Translations under genes and position numbers: made by a program
The notes under the pieces: model-generated
Seen by the model: the letters and a program-made list of their open reading frames with translations, nothing else
Told to the model about the DNA's origin: nothing
Database searches by the model: none
In this document: piece by piece, positions 12,201 through 24,200 of the stretch
How the letters are laid out: each line of letters begins with the position of its first letter
How positions within the stretch are numbered: position 1 is the first letter of the stretch
Source: Octopus sinensis
Lineage: Eukaryota
Direction: 5' to 3'
Assembly: GCF_006345805.1 (NCBI RefSeq)
Contig: NC_043001.1
Coordinates: 106,702,001-106,766,000, forward strand
Length of the DNA: 64,000 nt

Positions 12201-14692
12201 CAATCAGATTCTTCTGTCAAATGGGATGCTTATTCATTCACATTGTTTTGAATTAAACTTGCATTATATTGCAGCCTTGAGATTTTGCTGATGTGATCAT
12301 TTGTATTTAGAAAGAAGTTGTTGGGTAGGTTTGAAAGGCCAGATCTGGCCAGTTCAAAATTAAAACATAGAATATTTTAGCCAGGTAAGGCTGGTTTAAC
12401 GACTCTGCCAACTTAGCTCATTGGAACAAAAGAGGTCAGTAGCAATCCTAGGATAGACACAGCTGAAGTATTTGTGTCCAGGCAAATGAAAGACAACTAA
12501 CGAAGTGCACTTCCCAACAACCACAGTGCAACCTGCAACCTTTTGTAGCCGAGTGACCCTTTCATGGGAGAGTCTTTTCACAAATGCAACTTAACTCAAT
12601 ATTTCACAAAGAAAAACAAAATCCAAAGATCATTTTTATGAAATAGAGGGGGTCCTACAGGGTTTTATTTTACTTGGTAATATAATCTTAGATACTTTTT
12701 TAATAAAAAACAAACATTCGAATATACATTATACATGTATGTGTGCGTGTTCGGTTATATTGAAATCGTTCATCTGAAGGCTTACACCATACTTTTGTAG
12801 AGTTTTAAATTCATCATTCTTTAACAAGAATAGTGATGACAGAGAAGAATTGCATATATCTGAACTATTTCAAAGAAAAGCATAAATTTAATGTTTAAAA
12901 TAGCTTTAACCAAGGAATGAGATCCAACATTTCTTCACTTTTTCCAGAATTTCTTCTCTTTATTTTTTTTTTTTTGCGAAATACGGAGTTTATGATTCAT
13001 GTGTGAGTGTGTGTTCTTGATACTCGTTTAGAACAAGTAGTTTTACACCAATTACACTATTTTTTCTTAGTTTAAAGGCCGTGGACTGAAGATGTGAAAT
13101 TTCCGAAGCCTCTCCCCCACCCCCCTTTCGCGAGCGCGCCTTTTTTTCATGATAGTCGTTTAGAGCAAGTTGTTTTACACCTATTACGCTGTTTTTGTTT
13201 TTGTTTTTGTGCCCGGTTCAGACGCTTTCGGAAATTCCCGATATAAATATTCCGAGGCCTCTCCCCCACCCCTCTTCTCGAGAGCGCATTTTTTTTTTCA
13301 TATTCGTTTAGAGCAAGTTGTTTTACACATATTACACTATTTTTTTTTGTTTGGTGCCCGGGTCAGCCCCTCAGACGCTTTCGGAACTTCCCGATGTGAA
13401 TTTTCCGAGGCCTCTCCCCCACCCCCCTTTCGCGTGCGCGAATTTTTTTTCATATTCGTTCATAGGAAGTTGTTTTACACCTATTACACACATTTTTTTT
13501 TTGATTTTCTGATATTTGTTACGCCCTATATTAACCGATTTTATGAGGAAGGGAAGAACAGAGAGAGGAAGATATATTCAAACTACAGATCTAACTCAAA
13601 TACTTGCAATAGAATGGACTCCCCTAAAGGTGCCCCAAAACCAGACGATAGTGTTAAACCAGTAGACAGATAAATTTTACACAATAGTTTTCTGAAAAAA
13701 AATATGGCCTTTTTCAACGCCCATGACTTTTTTCCTGGTTTTAGTATGGATATGGAGCTCACTGAAGACCTGAGTACCTCGTTATGCAAATGGATACCTA
13801 CGGGGTGTGATCTTGGAAATAAAGAAGGAAGACATCAAATCGTATAAGGTCTTATTGAATATAAACAAGGCCATCAAGTTCTCTTCTTTTTATTTTGTAA
13901 CAGTTACAGACACATAAGGACAAATACTGGTAATAAACTATAAAGTTTATAGATTAACAGTAAAGTACATATTAATTGCTGGTCTCTAATTTACGGAGAA
14001 AAACGCGGCAAATGGAAGATTTAAAAAAAACTGGAATATTTTACATACAAACTTGAAAATTAAATCAATTAATCTACTTACTCTGGGCATTTTTCTGTCA
14101 CATTTGGTTTCGTTGGTTCCTCCTCGTCGCTTGACGATGAAGAACTAAGAGATGAAGAGGAATCGCTATCACTGTCCGAAGTCAATTCGTCATCAACATT
14201 ACTGGAGCGATAAATTGTGTGATTTGCATCTAAATGAAGGTCCACGTTAGCTGCATTCTGCTCCGACGTCTCACATTTCTTCTCTGCACCCATGGTAACC
14301 GGGTTGTCAGTCTTCGAATGGTCAACTTCGTTGGTAGCATTGCTGATAATTCCCTCTTCCTTACCAACATTAAGAGTATTCTCTTCATTAACAACATGTT
14401 CAACAATATTTTCTTCGTCAGCAACACTTGCTGCAACGGATTCTTCGTTAACAACTGTGTGAATCTTCTTGTTATCAACATCTTTGTTAGATAAAGGTGT
14501 GACAGAGACTTCGTTAACACCGTCGTTTCTCGGATTATCATTACCGTCATTTGCCGTTGTATCATCATCTTCCAAGCTATAATTTTCTCCGGTGTTACTT
14601 GGAACATCCATCGTTGATTCCGCGTTAGTATCTCTAACTTCTGTTAATATAACATCTTTAAAAGTAGATTCTGTCGGATCGTTTACATCCAT
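156..14692 (-). CDS. NAF1: H/ACA ribonucleoprotein complex non-core subunit NAF1 (multi-exon, 3' end outside window)
   Basis: Exons 14692-14082, 11449-11398, 8733-8640, 7097-7012, 5706-5546, 4190-4139, 2065-1914 and probably 208-156 join in frame with GT-AG sites. The protein has an acidic N-terminus, then KGELSIEDLPPIEEL...PLNDDSILF...LGQVFEIFGPVRNPLYSVRF...YVFVQDLMKQKGSDASWEHDLEPPEKFLDYSDDEQE, the Gar1/Naf1 domain signature. Confidence 0.95.
1651..1806. mobile_element. Tc1/pogo-type MITE
   Basis: TA|ccgtattttaac ... gttaaaatatgg inverted ends. Confidence 0.6.
1914..2065 (-). CDS. NAF1: NAF1 exon 7
   Basis: tttag|FLDYSDDEQERLMKKNKKKPHDD...NNPFYL-AA|gtaagg; contains the conserved DYSDDE motif. 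Confidence 0.92.
4139..4190 (-). CDS. NAF1: NAF1 exon 6
   Basis: ctctag|A-QKGSDASWEHDLEPPEK|gttaga; contains the conserved KGSDASW motif. Confidence 0.95.
4335..4743 (+). mobile_element. RTE 3'UTR-only insertion with ~4-5 repeat units and (GAT)n tail
   Basis: Repeated gtgccggtggcacgtaaaaagcacc units, then the family 3' end. Similar copies at 2376-2975 (split by a SINE), 9616-9930 (-), 19330-19935 (-), 24428-24650 (-), 32875-33180 (-), 42070-42592 and 43130-43650. Confidence 0.85.
5546..5706 (-). CDS. NAF1: NAF1 exon 5
   Basis: taacag|VFEIFGPVRNPLYSVRFNTTQDIEEKGLKVGTEIYYAPKEMKYTNYVFVQDLM-AA|gtaagt. Confidence 0.95.
6613..6698 (+). ncRNA. degenerate type I hammerhead ribozyme
   Basis: CAGC-CTGATGA-g[tagctagtggaa/ttctactagcta 12-bp stem II]g-GAAAC-atat-GCA-GC(C)TG. 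Confidence 0.6.
7012..7097 (-). CDS. NAF1: NAF1 exon 4
   Basis: ttccag|(V)VIQSLDSETSPLNDDSILFLEDRTSLGQ|gtagga. Confidence 0.93.
8640..8733 (-). CDS. NAF1: NAF1 exon 3
   Basis: aag|DLPPIEELKITADDNVELVCVGLISTIIDTL-G|gtaagt. Confidence 0.93.
11398..11449 (-). CDS. NAF1: NAF1 exon 2
   Basis: ttttag|G-EKKTIEKPKVKGELSIE|gtaaga, 52 nt, phases match. Confidence 0.9.
13020..13500. repeat. ~150-bp tandem repeat, ~3 copies
   Basis: Recurrent ttccgaggcctctcccccaccccc..ttcgcg..gcgc..ttttttcatattcgtttagagcaagttgttttacacctattac. Confidence 0.8.
14082..14692 (-). CDS. NAF1: NAF1 exon 1 (acidic/Ser-rich N-terminus)
   Basis: ORF MDVNDPTEST...SDSDSSSSLSSSSSSDEEE; donor GA|GTAAGT at 14081, phase 2. Confidence 0.9.
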
Positions 14693-15160
14693 GTTGGGAA
14701 AACGCTAACAAAGACTTTTTTTAATCAACAAGAGACTTTACAAAGTTAAGAAATATCCATGTGAACGACTAAACACTTGCTTCTCTTTTTCAAGGTAGCA
14801 GAATCGTACAAAAATAAGTTTAATTTGAATTTTGTTTATCAAACATGTATGTCGTTTCGTAACGTTTTTTTTTTTCCCTTTTAGCTATCCGGATATATTT
14901 CAAAACTGCAATTAAATTTACCTTTTAAGCAGTGATCTTAGAGAGCAGGACAGTATAATTACAGAACCATTCTGGGACCCAACGAAACATACGACACGTG
15001 CTTCCTCGCGGGGAATCAATTCCAGTGATAAGGGGGAATAACTCTAATGTTATATAATTAACGCATGCGCACTATCCTTTTGACCCCCGCATGGTGACTC
15101 TGTGAGGAGATTGTATATTAGCAATAGGGTTTAAGGTCGTCAACGGAATTCTTTAGGAAA
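14693..15160. promoter_or_regulatory. bidirectional promoter NAF1/TIM23
   Basis: 468 bp separate the divergent ATGs. The interval is repeat-free and locally CpG-rich, with CACGTG (14995-15000), ACGCATGCGCA (15061-15071, NRF1-like) and AAGGGGGAATAACTCT (15030-15045). Confidence 0.8.
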
Positions 15161-15242
15161 ATGGACAGCGGTGGAGATCCTTCGTCGAAAAGAGCATTCT
15201 TTAATCCATATTCCAGTTCTGATCCAACAATGGCAGCTGGAG
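15161..15242 (+). CDS. TIMM23: TIM23 exon 1
   Basis: MDSGGDPSSKRAFFNPYSSSDPTMAAG-G|gtattt. Confidence 0.85.
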
Positions 15243-18200
15243 GTATTTATGATTTATTATATTCTCTGTTAAACCAATTAGTTATTGTCACGTACTTGAT
15301 AACTTGACCTTTAATTACTAGAACAATTCTCATAATCGATTATACAAGCGATTTTCTGTTTTACCTATGAATTTAAATATAACAAATAATGTGACAGAGA
15401 CACCTAATTTACAAACTTTGCAGTTCTAATTCAAGATATTTTAAAAATCGCCTTTCTATTTGTAATCTATTATGTGTTGTCTGTAGATTAATCGCTTTGT
15501 ACATTGTGGTGTGTATATATATATATATATATATATGAAAGAAAAAGGTGTTCAGAATGCTGGATGGTTGTAAAGATATATATTTATTTACATATTACAA
15601 TATGAAAAAATAATATGTGATATGTAAATAAATAAATATATATTTTTACAACCATCCAACATTCTGAACACCTTTTTCTTTCATATGTATTAAATCTGTA
15701 CATCACCCCAATACTTCTAACATATATATATATATATATATATATATACACTCATACAAACACACACACACATGTTCGGTTGATGTTGTTTTTAATTGTC
15801 GAATGCCTTCTGGTTATTAATCTTGTCTGCAATAACAGAGAAACATTGTTCGTGCGTAATATGAGTGTGTGCGAGTTGGTATTAATAACCAAAGTGCTTC
15901 TATTATTAAATTAAAGATCTTAGAAGTCATTAACTATGCTCTCAGAGTCTACCTTTTAGTCAATATTTTGAATAAATAGCTTCATTTGTATGATTTGCTT
16001 ATATCAAGCTGTCCAAAGAATTCCGTTTCCTTGATATGGACGTTGAGCTTGTTGAACCATTCTCAGTCTGTCGCTACAGTGATTTCGGTTAACGCCTTTG
16101 TTCGGCTAGTATGTTACATCATCAAGTTAGGAACCTTTGCTAATTCTATGTATTAAGTTATGTTTGAATTATACTTCAGTCAAGTGTGTAATCTTACTTA
16201 TAACTTCCATTTCCTTTCCAGTTTCGGCCGGGGGCATGGGTAGTGTAATGTCACCGTACCTAAATTTCGATCCAGCGTACATTGGAGCAGTAAGTTTTGT
16301 TATTTGTTTTATTTTGTTCTACAGTATTTTTTTTTTCATAGTAGTTCAAGTGTTGTGATGATCGACTTTACTTTTCCCTTTCCCGAGATCGATAAGTACA
16401 AATCAATTACTACTGATGACTATTTAATCAACTATTTGCTTCTTAGTTGTTATTCCAGTGTCCGGTTCCGATACTTTATGATATTTAGTTACATCCGTTT
16501 TCGTTCCGTTTTTAAATTCTGCGGCATTTTCTTCGTTGGTACCTGTCAGTTACTGACATTTAAACCAACAGCTCCTCCAAAAATATACAGCCTTGTATTA
16601 AAAATCGTTTCATTCGATATCTATTCCATGTTTTATTATTTAATTGCTTCAAGCCAGTCAGTATTTTCTACTATTATTGTCGGAAAGTAATTATTTCACA
16701 CACTAACCATACATCATTTATGGTAACTTCTAATGCAGGGTGTTTTTTCTCGTATAACTTAAATCTGACCGCGAATGACCTGAGAAAGTATTTGGGTATT
16801 GGAATCGATAACCAGAGACAATGTTGCATTTGAACTCGATAAGGGAAGTGAAAGTACCATGAATAGGTAGTGGATGATCATTAACCAATTAATTAGAATA
16901 TTCCTTCCCTTTTTATAATCATAAAGAATATTGTCTATTACTTTAAATTAATTTCGAAAATAATCACAAATTTGATAGGTCTTTTATTTATTTATTGCCC
17001 ACAAGGGGCTAAACAGAGAGGGGACAAACGGATTAAGTCGATTATATCGACCCCAGTGTGTAACTGGTATTTAATTTATCGACCCAAAAGGATGAAAGGC
17101 AAAGTCAACCTCGGCGGAATTTGAACTCAGAATGTAACAGCAGACGAAATACCAATAAGCATTTCGCCTGGTGTGCTAACGATTCTGTCATACAAATAGG
17201 ATTTCTTGGCAGTTTTCTGCCATTGACATTATATCCCAATCTTCATAATCTTCAAGGACCACTAAAAAGAATTTGATTGTGTTAGTCCCAGCAATGATGA
17301 CAATTATAAGAAACCAAGGTTTTACGATACAGCTGCCAGAATGCTACAGCTTTTATCATTATACACAAATTTTTGCTAAGAATGAGTAAAAGACCGCGAG
17401 ATTCTGTTTCCTTAAGACTACCTAAAAGATGTTCACAACATACTTAAAAGATGTTCACAACTACCTAAAAGATGTTCACAACATACTTAAAAAACTCCAC
17501 TTCAGGGCAAAATAGAATGAAAATGTCAGATGCAAATTTCGTAAAATATCCTGGGTTCTCATATTAAGAGATCCAACCAAACTTCAAACTATGTCAGAAC
17601 AACTAAACACAGAAATTATTGTAGTAGGACGAAAAATGAATGTTAAAAAACAATATTCAACAAAAAATCAGTGAATTCCATCAGACCCATGCATGAAAAA
17701 GTGGACATTAACATGTTGATAGACACAGGCAGGGTCAAGAAGTTTTGCTTCATAGCCTCAATTTAGTGTTTATTGTACCTGTGCACTTGACACACACAAA
17801 CTATTTTTCTAGTTAACCTTCCTCTGATATTACTGCACCTCTTATGCATCCATAGCTTGTACTGGGTACATCTTATGGAATTTCTACCTATCCTTTTTCT
17901 ACAGGTCAAGCAGGGCCATCTACCTGAAGGCATTTATGATTTGTCTGCTTTCCGACTTACTAAGACTTTGGTTTTTGCTAGATTAACTCTAAGGCCCTTT
18001 GATTTTAGACCTTGTTTCTTCACCTGAAATTTCTTCTCTAGTTCTGATAGTGGTTTAAGCCATAAGAACAAGGTCATCAGCATAGAAGAGCAACCAAGGA
18101 CAGCCTGTCTTAAATTCCTTTGTTATTACCTGGAGGATTATGATGAACAGAAGGGGGCTGAGGAATGACAATAAGGAGGAGGCTGATAACTGATGAACAG

Positions 18201-21200
18201 GAGGGAGCTGGGTATATTAACCCTTTAGCATTCAGATTCTTCTGTCAAATGGGATGCTTATTCATTCACATTGTTTTGAATTAAACTTGCATTATCTTGC
18301 AGCCTTGAGATTTTGCTATCAACATCTTTCCCGAGATGTATTTAGAAAGAAGTTGTTGGGTAGGTTTGAAAGGCCAGATCTGACCAGTTCAAAATTAAAA
18401 CATAGAATATTTTAGCCAGGTAAGGCTGGTTTAACCCTTTTGTTACCATATTTCTCCTGAGATGTTCTGTGTTTCTTTCAATTAATTTTAAATATAACAA
18501 AAGTATTTAGTAAAATAACTTAGTTATCATTAAGGAACATAGATTGTGACTAAGGTTTGGTAGAAGATTTTAATTCAGAACTTATGAAAACAAAACATTT
18601 GTACTATAGAGCCACAAGTGGTTTCAGCCGGGTTGGTATCAAAAGGGTTAAGAATTATTTCTTTATTTATTTTGAAATTCTCTGTTTCTTTCAATTAATT
18701 TTAAATATAACAAAGAATTTAGTAAAATAACTTAGTTATCATTAAGCTGGTGTTAGCAACATAAATTGTGACTAAGGTTTGGTGGAAGATTTTAATTCAA
18801 ATCTTATGAAAACAAGACATTTGTAGTACAGACCTAGAGGCAGTTTCAGGCAGGTTGGTAGCAAAAGGGTTAAATGCTAAAGACCAATTACTTGCTGGAA
18901 GCTATAAAAGAATGGTAATCCTTACATTTTTATTATCTCCTCAAATTTCTACCACTGCCAATGTCTTGAATCTTTTCCGTTTGTCTCATTTTGCAGGACA
19001 GTGGATCAGACTTCATTTTCCCAGAAGGTGCAAGTCGACAACGTGGTAGACTTGAACTAGCTTTCTCTCAGATTGGAGGTTCTGTATTTGCAGGTAAAGT
19101 TCTTGTTCAAAAATCTTAGGCATGATTGGTTACAAAGTGAACTTCACAACCACATGGTTTCTGTTTTGATCCTATTCTATTGCAATTTGAGTGTCTTCTC
19201 CTAAAGCCCTGCGACAACAAATACCTTGGGAGAGAAATTTAGCAAATGGAAATCGTGCGAATGTGCATTATGTTTGTTTTCTTATTGTCACCATTTGAGC
19301 AAAAATAGTGATTGCTTATGTCTCCTATCATTGTCCATGCTGGCATGGTTGGACGGTTTGACCAGGGTTGGCAAGCTGGAAGACTGCACCAGACTACAGT
19401 TTGATTTGGCATAGTTTCTATGACTGGATGGCCCTTCCTAATGCCAACCACTCCAAGAGTGTAATGGGTGCTTTTATGTGCCACTGGTACAGGTACCATT
19501 TGCATGACACTGATATCTGCCATGACTGCGATTTTGCTGGGCTTGATGGGTTTTCTTCTCAAGCATGACATAATGCCAAAGGTCTCAATTATTGCCTCTG
19601 AAGGGCCCAAAACTCAAAAAGAACTCAGCTACTTTGCCTCAGTGGAGCCCAACACCCAAAATGAACTTGCCTTCATGAGGCCCAACATTTGAAATGTACT
19701 CTTCATGCACCACTGGCATAGGTGCCAGTTATATGACTCCAGCAGCAGTCACAACTACGATTTCACTTGGTTTGAGGGGTTTTCATGAGCGCAGCATATT
19801 GCAAAGGTCTCGGTCGCTAGTCATTGCCTCGGTGAGGCCCAAAGTTCAAAGGTCATGCTTCACCACCTCTTCCTATGTCTTCCTGGCTCTACCTCTACCA
19901 CAGGTTCCCTCCACAGTTAGAGATCGGCACTTTTAGTACATCTCTTAGCTCTACTGTTTTCTCATTCAGGGATCTGTGGAATAAAAAAAAAACAATTTCC
20001 TTGGCAACAGGAGAGACATCCAGCTGTAGAAAAGTACATCAGTAAGTCTCATCCAACCCATGCCAGCATGGAAAAACTGTATTGGTACATGATTAGGTAT
20101 TTTTTACTGAACCAAAAACATGTGAGTTATATATCAACCACTTCGTGGGTGAAAGAGAGATCCTCCACCAGTCGTTAGGGAGCCTTTCTCAAGTCATATC
20201 CTAGTATCTTTAAAACAATGGAAGGATGCATTTGATAATGTAGTTCTTGATAGAAAATGAAATGGATGTGGCTGGAATACCTTTGATCATAGGGAGTCAG
20301 TTATTTGGAATCCGATCCGGGTCTAACAACTAACCACTCCACTCTGATTTGGGTTCCCTCACACAATTGTCATTTGAGCAGAAAGAAGTAAACGAAGGAT
20401 TGCATCACCAGTCTGGAATCCCTATTTTGCTCAGGATATTGACTTCTTGGAAACCATTCAGAGACTTGCAACCAAGTGAATACCCTCCATCAAGCATCCG
20501 TCATACTCTGAATGCCTTGCTTTCTTGGGCATAGAAGATACATTGAAGCTCCAACGTCTGGCAACTGACTTGGTAAACACCCACAAAATTATTAGCCATT
20601 GCACCAACAACCACTTTGAGCACCTTTTTGAATTCCATGTGTCTAATACATGTGGGCATTGCCTACAAAGTCAGAAAACAGCACAGCTCCCATGACTTTT
20701 GGGAACATTTTTCCACACCCAGAGTTGCTGAAGTATGGAACAAACTGCCTGCATCAGTTGTTAGTTGCTAAGACATTGCATCCTTTAAAACCTCCTTGCT
20801 TCCTGAAATTCCCCAACACTACACTTGATATCCCCACCTCCATACGCATGGACACATGTATATCATGACTCTTACACTGTTCACCTTCCTGGCTTTCGTA
20901 CATAATTCTATTTACTGTACATGCACCTGAGCACTATACACACTAATTTCATTATTATTATTAATCATAATTTAGTGAGATGAATTTGAACACTTTGGCC
21001 CTTTTGAACATAAAACATGTAGAATATTTGGGCTGGATAGGGTTATTTTAAATGCTAAAGAATTAAGGAACACATGGTAATTAAAGTATGTAAATTTCTT
21101 TTGTTTTTTGTCTTAAACAGGAGCAGCTGTAGGAGGTTTAAATGGTTTATATTCAGGCTTCCGAGAAACAAGCACAGCCCAGTTGACAGGGGCTGTACGA

Positions 21201-24200
21201 CGAACACAGTAAGTAATTTCAAATTAACATCATCTAAAAAAGAAACAACATTCTAATAATCTCCTTTTTTTTTTTTTTTCACTGTTGCTCAGTTGTTGAA
21301 ATGCTTGGATTTTGTACGTTTAGAGCTTAACACTTTCAACCACTTAAATTTTGTTTATTTTTAAGGTGTAACACACCACATGTACTCTTCTCTCTTTTAT
21401 CTAAATTTTCCTGTTTTTCTTATAAACATCTCCAGTGCTAATGACATGTAAAAAGCACCCAGTCCACTCTGCTGGGTCGTTGGCATTTGAAAGGGCATCC
21501 AGCTGTAAAAACGTTACCAAAATTGACCCCGCCTGTGCTTGTGCCACATAAAAAGCACTCAGTCCACTTTGGTGGGTGGTTGATGTTAGGAAGGGCATCC
21601 AGCTGTAAAAACTTTGCCAAAACAGACACAGAAGTCTGGTGCAGGCTTCTGCCTGACCAGTTCCTGTCAAACCAGCATGGAAGGCGGACGTTAAACGATG
21701 ATGATGAAACAGGTCTATATGCACAAGTATAGCTGGGTGGTTAAGAAGTTTGCTTCCAACCACATGGTCTTGGGTTCAGTCCCACTGCATGGCGCATTGA
21801 ACAACTCTGTTTTATTATAACTCCAGGCCATCCCAAACTGTGTGAGTGGATTTGATTGGCAGAAACTAAAAGGAATCCTTTATTTATGTGGATACATGTG
21901 TTTGTGTGTCCTTGTCTTGACATCATGTAACAGTTATAAATGAACTCTTACCATCCTACAAATGGTTTCATATCCAATCCTCCATGAAGATAATAATATC
22001 TGACATTGAAGAAATATTGTTTTGCTTAGAAACAGGATCAACAGGAATGGCTAACAGCCTTGAAAAATCCTCCTCAACAAATTCTGCCTGACCCTTGCAT
22101 GAACATGGAAAAGTAGACATTAAAACTACAACAGCGGCTGTAGTGTGTGGTTTTGTGTGTGTGAGAGAGAATAATTTCCTATTATCAATGATTGAACTAT
22201 GTTTCGTTTTTGGATTTGGTTTGCAAGATTCTTTATATGAGTTCGTGTGTGAAGGCACAAAAAGAAAATGACTCTCCCCAGACACAACAGAAAATGATTG
22301 AACTTTCTTTCCTAAATAGGGCTTTGCTAAAGTTTTTCTAATTCTTCATATCAGATTCTTTTCTAAAGCATATCTCTTTTGATTTTGCAGGATGTTAAAC
22401 TTTATCACAAAACAAGGTGCTTCTTCAGCTCAATCTTTAGGTGTTATTGGTAAGTCCACAGTTACATTAGTTCTTGGAGATTGTGTTTATTATAATTTTA
22501 ATGGTTTGTCTTTCCATGTATGTATTCGCTTTTTTTGTTGGGGTAGGGTGCATCATAGCTGTCTATGTACTTATGTCCTCCTGTACATTTGCACTTAAAA
22601 GTATCAGAGGATCTTGTCTGTTATGGATGTTTGTTCCTTCTCCAGCCATGCCTGGCTCATTAGGGCTGGTTTCCTTGGCATATAGGCTCCCAACCTGGAT
22701 GGGACACCAGTCTGTCGCAGGTGAGCTGCAAGATGCAGGAGGAAAGAGTGAGAGAAAGTGGTGGCAAAATAGTCAGCATAAATTTGCCTTTACCTTCTGC
22801 CGAAGCCGCATGGAGCTTAGGTGTTTCGCTCATAAACACACGCATCACCCGGTCTGAGATTTGATCCCTCAACCGCAAGTCCACTGCTCTAACCACTTGG
22901 CCATGTGCCTCCATGTTATAGATGTTGTCTTTCTCAATTATTCATTAATTAGAAAGAAATATAGTCAAATTCATTGCTGATAATGTTTTTCAAGCAAATC
23001 TAAAATGTGATAATACTAATATATCTTTAATAAGAGCTGAAGCTGCATCAAAGACAACAGCTTGCAGGAAGACTGGAATTTTGTATTCCATTAATTCTTG
23101 TTTAATAAAATAAATAACATTGAAATTCTTTGGTTTGATTAAATCAAGGCTGTGGAGTCGAAACAAAAAACTTTGACTCCGACTCCTGTACTACTGGCAC
23201 CTCCGACTCCTACTCTGACTCCTCTTCATGTGATCAAGTGATTGTGGTCAACATACCTCATAAAGCATATGCATACACTCGTACTTTGAGTAGGCGTATA
23301 TCTTATAATTGGTTTATATTAAAGAATAAAGATATTGTGAGTCAGAGTCAATATAGTTTTACCGACTCTGACTCCAGCAACCACTTAATTGTTTCCGACT
23401 CCACAGCCCTGGATTAAATCATTTAATTATTCACAAATATAGAATTGTAAATCCGTTAACTCGCCCATTCTTGTTGTAGAATCACCAGAGCAGCTGACAA
23501 AATGTTTATCTCATTACTTTTTGAGTACAGATATGTTTCCTTTCATCCTTTTAAGGGTGAGGGCATAAGTACTGGGGCCAATCAAATTCACTCTTCTTCT
23601 GACCTCAGAATTTTGGGTGTTTTATAAATGTTAATTCTTCTTATTATTATTATTTGATGAAAACTTGCAGCTTATTTTGCTGGGTATGATGGAGAGTGTC
23701 ACTGGTTCATGCTTCAAAAATGTTATTATTATTATTATTATTATTGCCTGTTATCCTATCAGGGTTGATAAAATAAGTACCAGTTATGCACTGTGGGTCA
23801 ATGTAATCGATTTACCCCCAACACTCGAACTTGCTGGCTTTGTGCCAAAATTTGAAACCATTCTCATTATTATTATTATTATTATTGATGATTTGACTCG
23901 GGTTCGTTCTTATTCCTGATAGAATTTATGTGAGTAGCAGATTGCTACCTGTAATCTTAGGTATCCACAAGCTTTCAATAATCTTTCAAGTGCTCAAAAC
24001 ATTCCTGGCAATCTTTCCTGTCCCTAAGAGGCAAACTTTCTGTAGAAGTTCTACAGGACTTTCTATTCCAATCTCCTTCAGTCGTTTCTCTATATCTTTA
24101 CTCACAATTCCCAATGAACCAATTATTTATAAGCGCAACCTTTACAATTGTCATATTCCAAATTCTTGCAATTCCAGCAATGAAGTTTTTCTCGTTTCTT

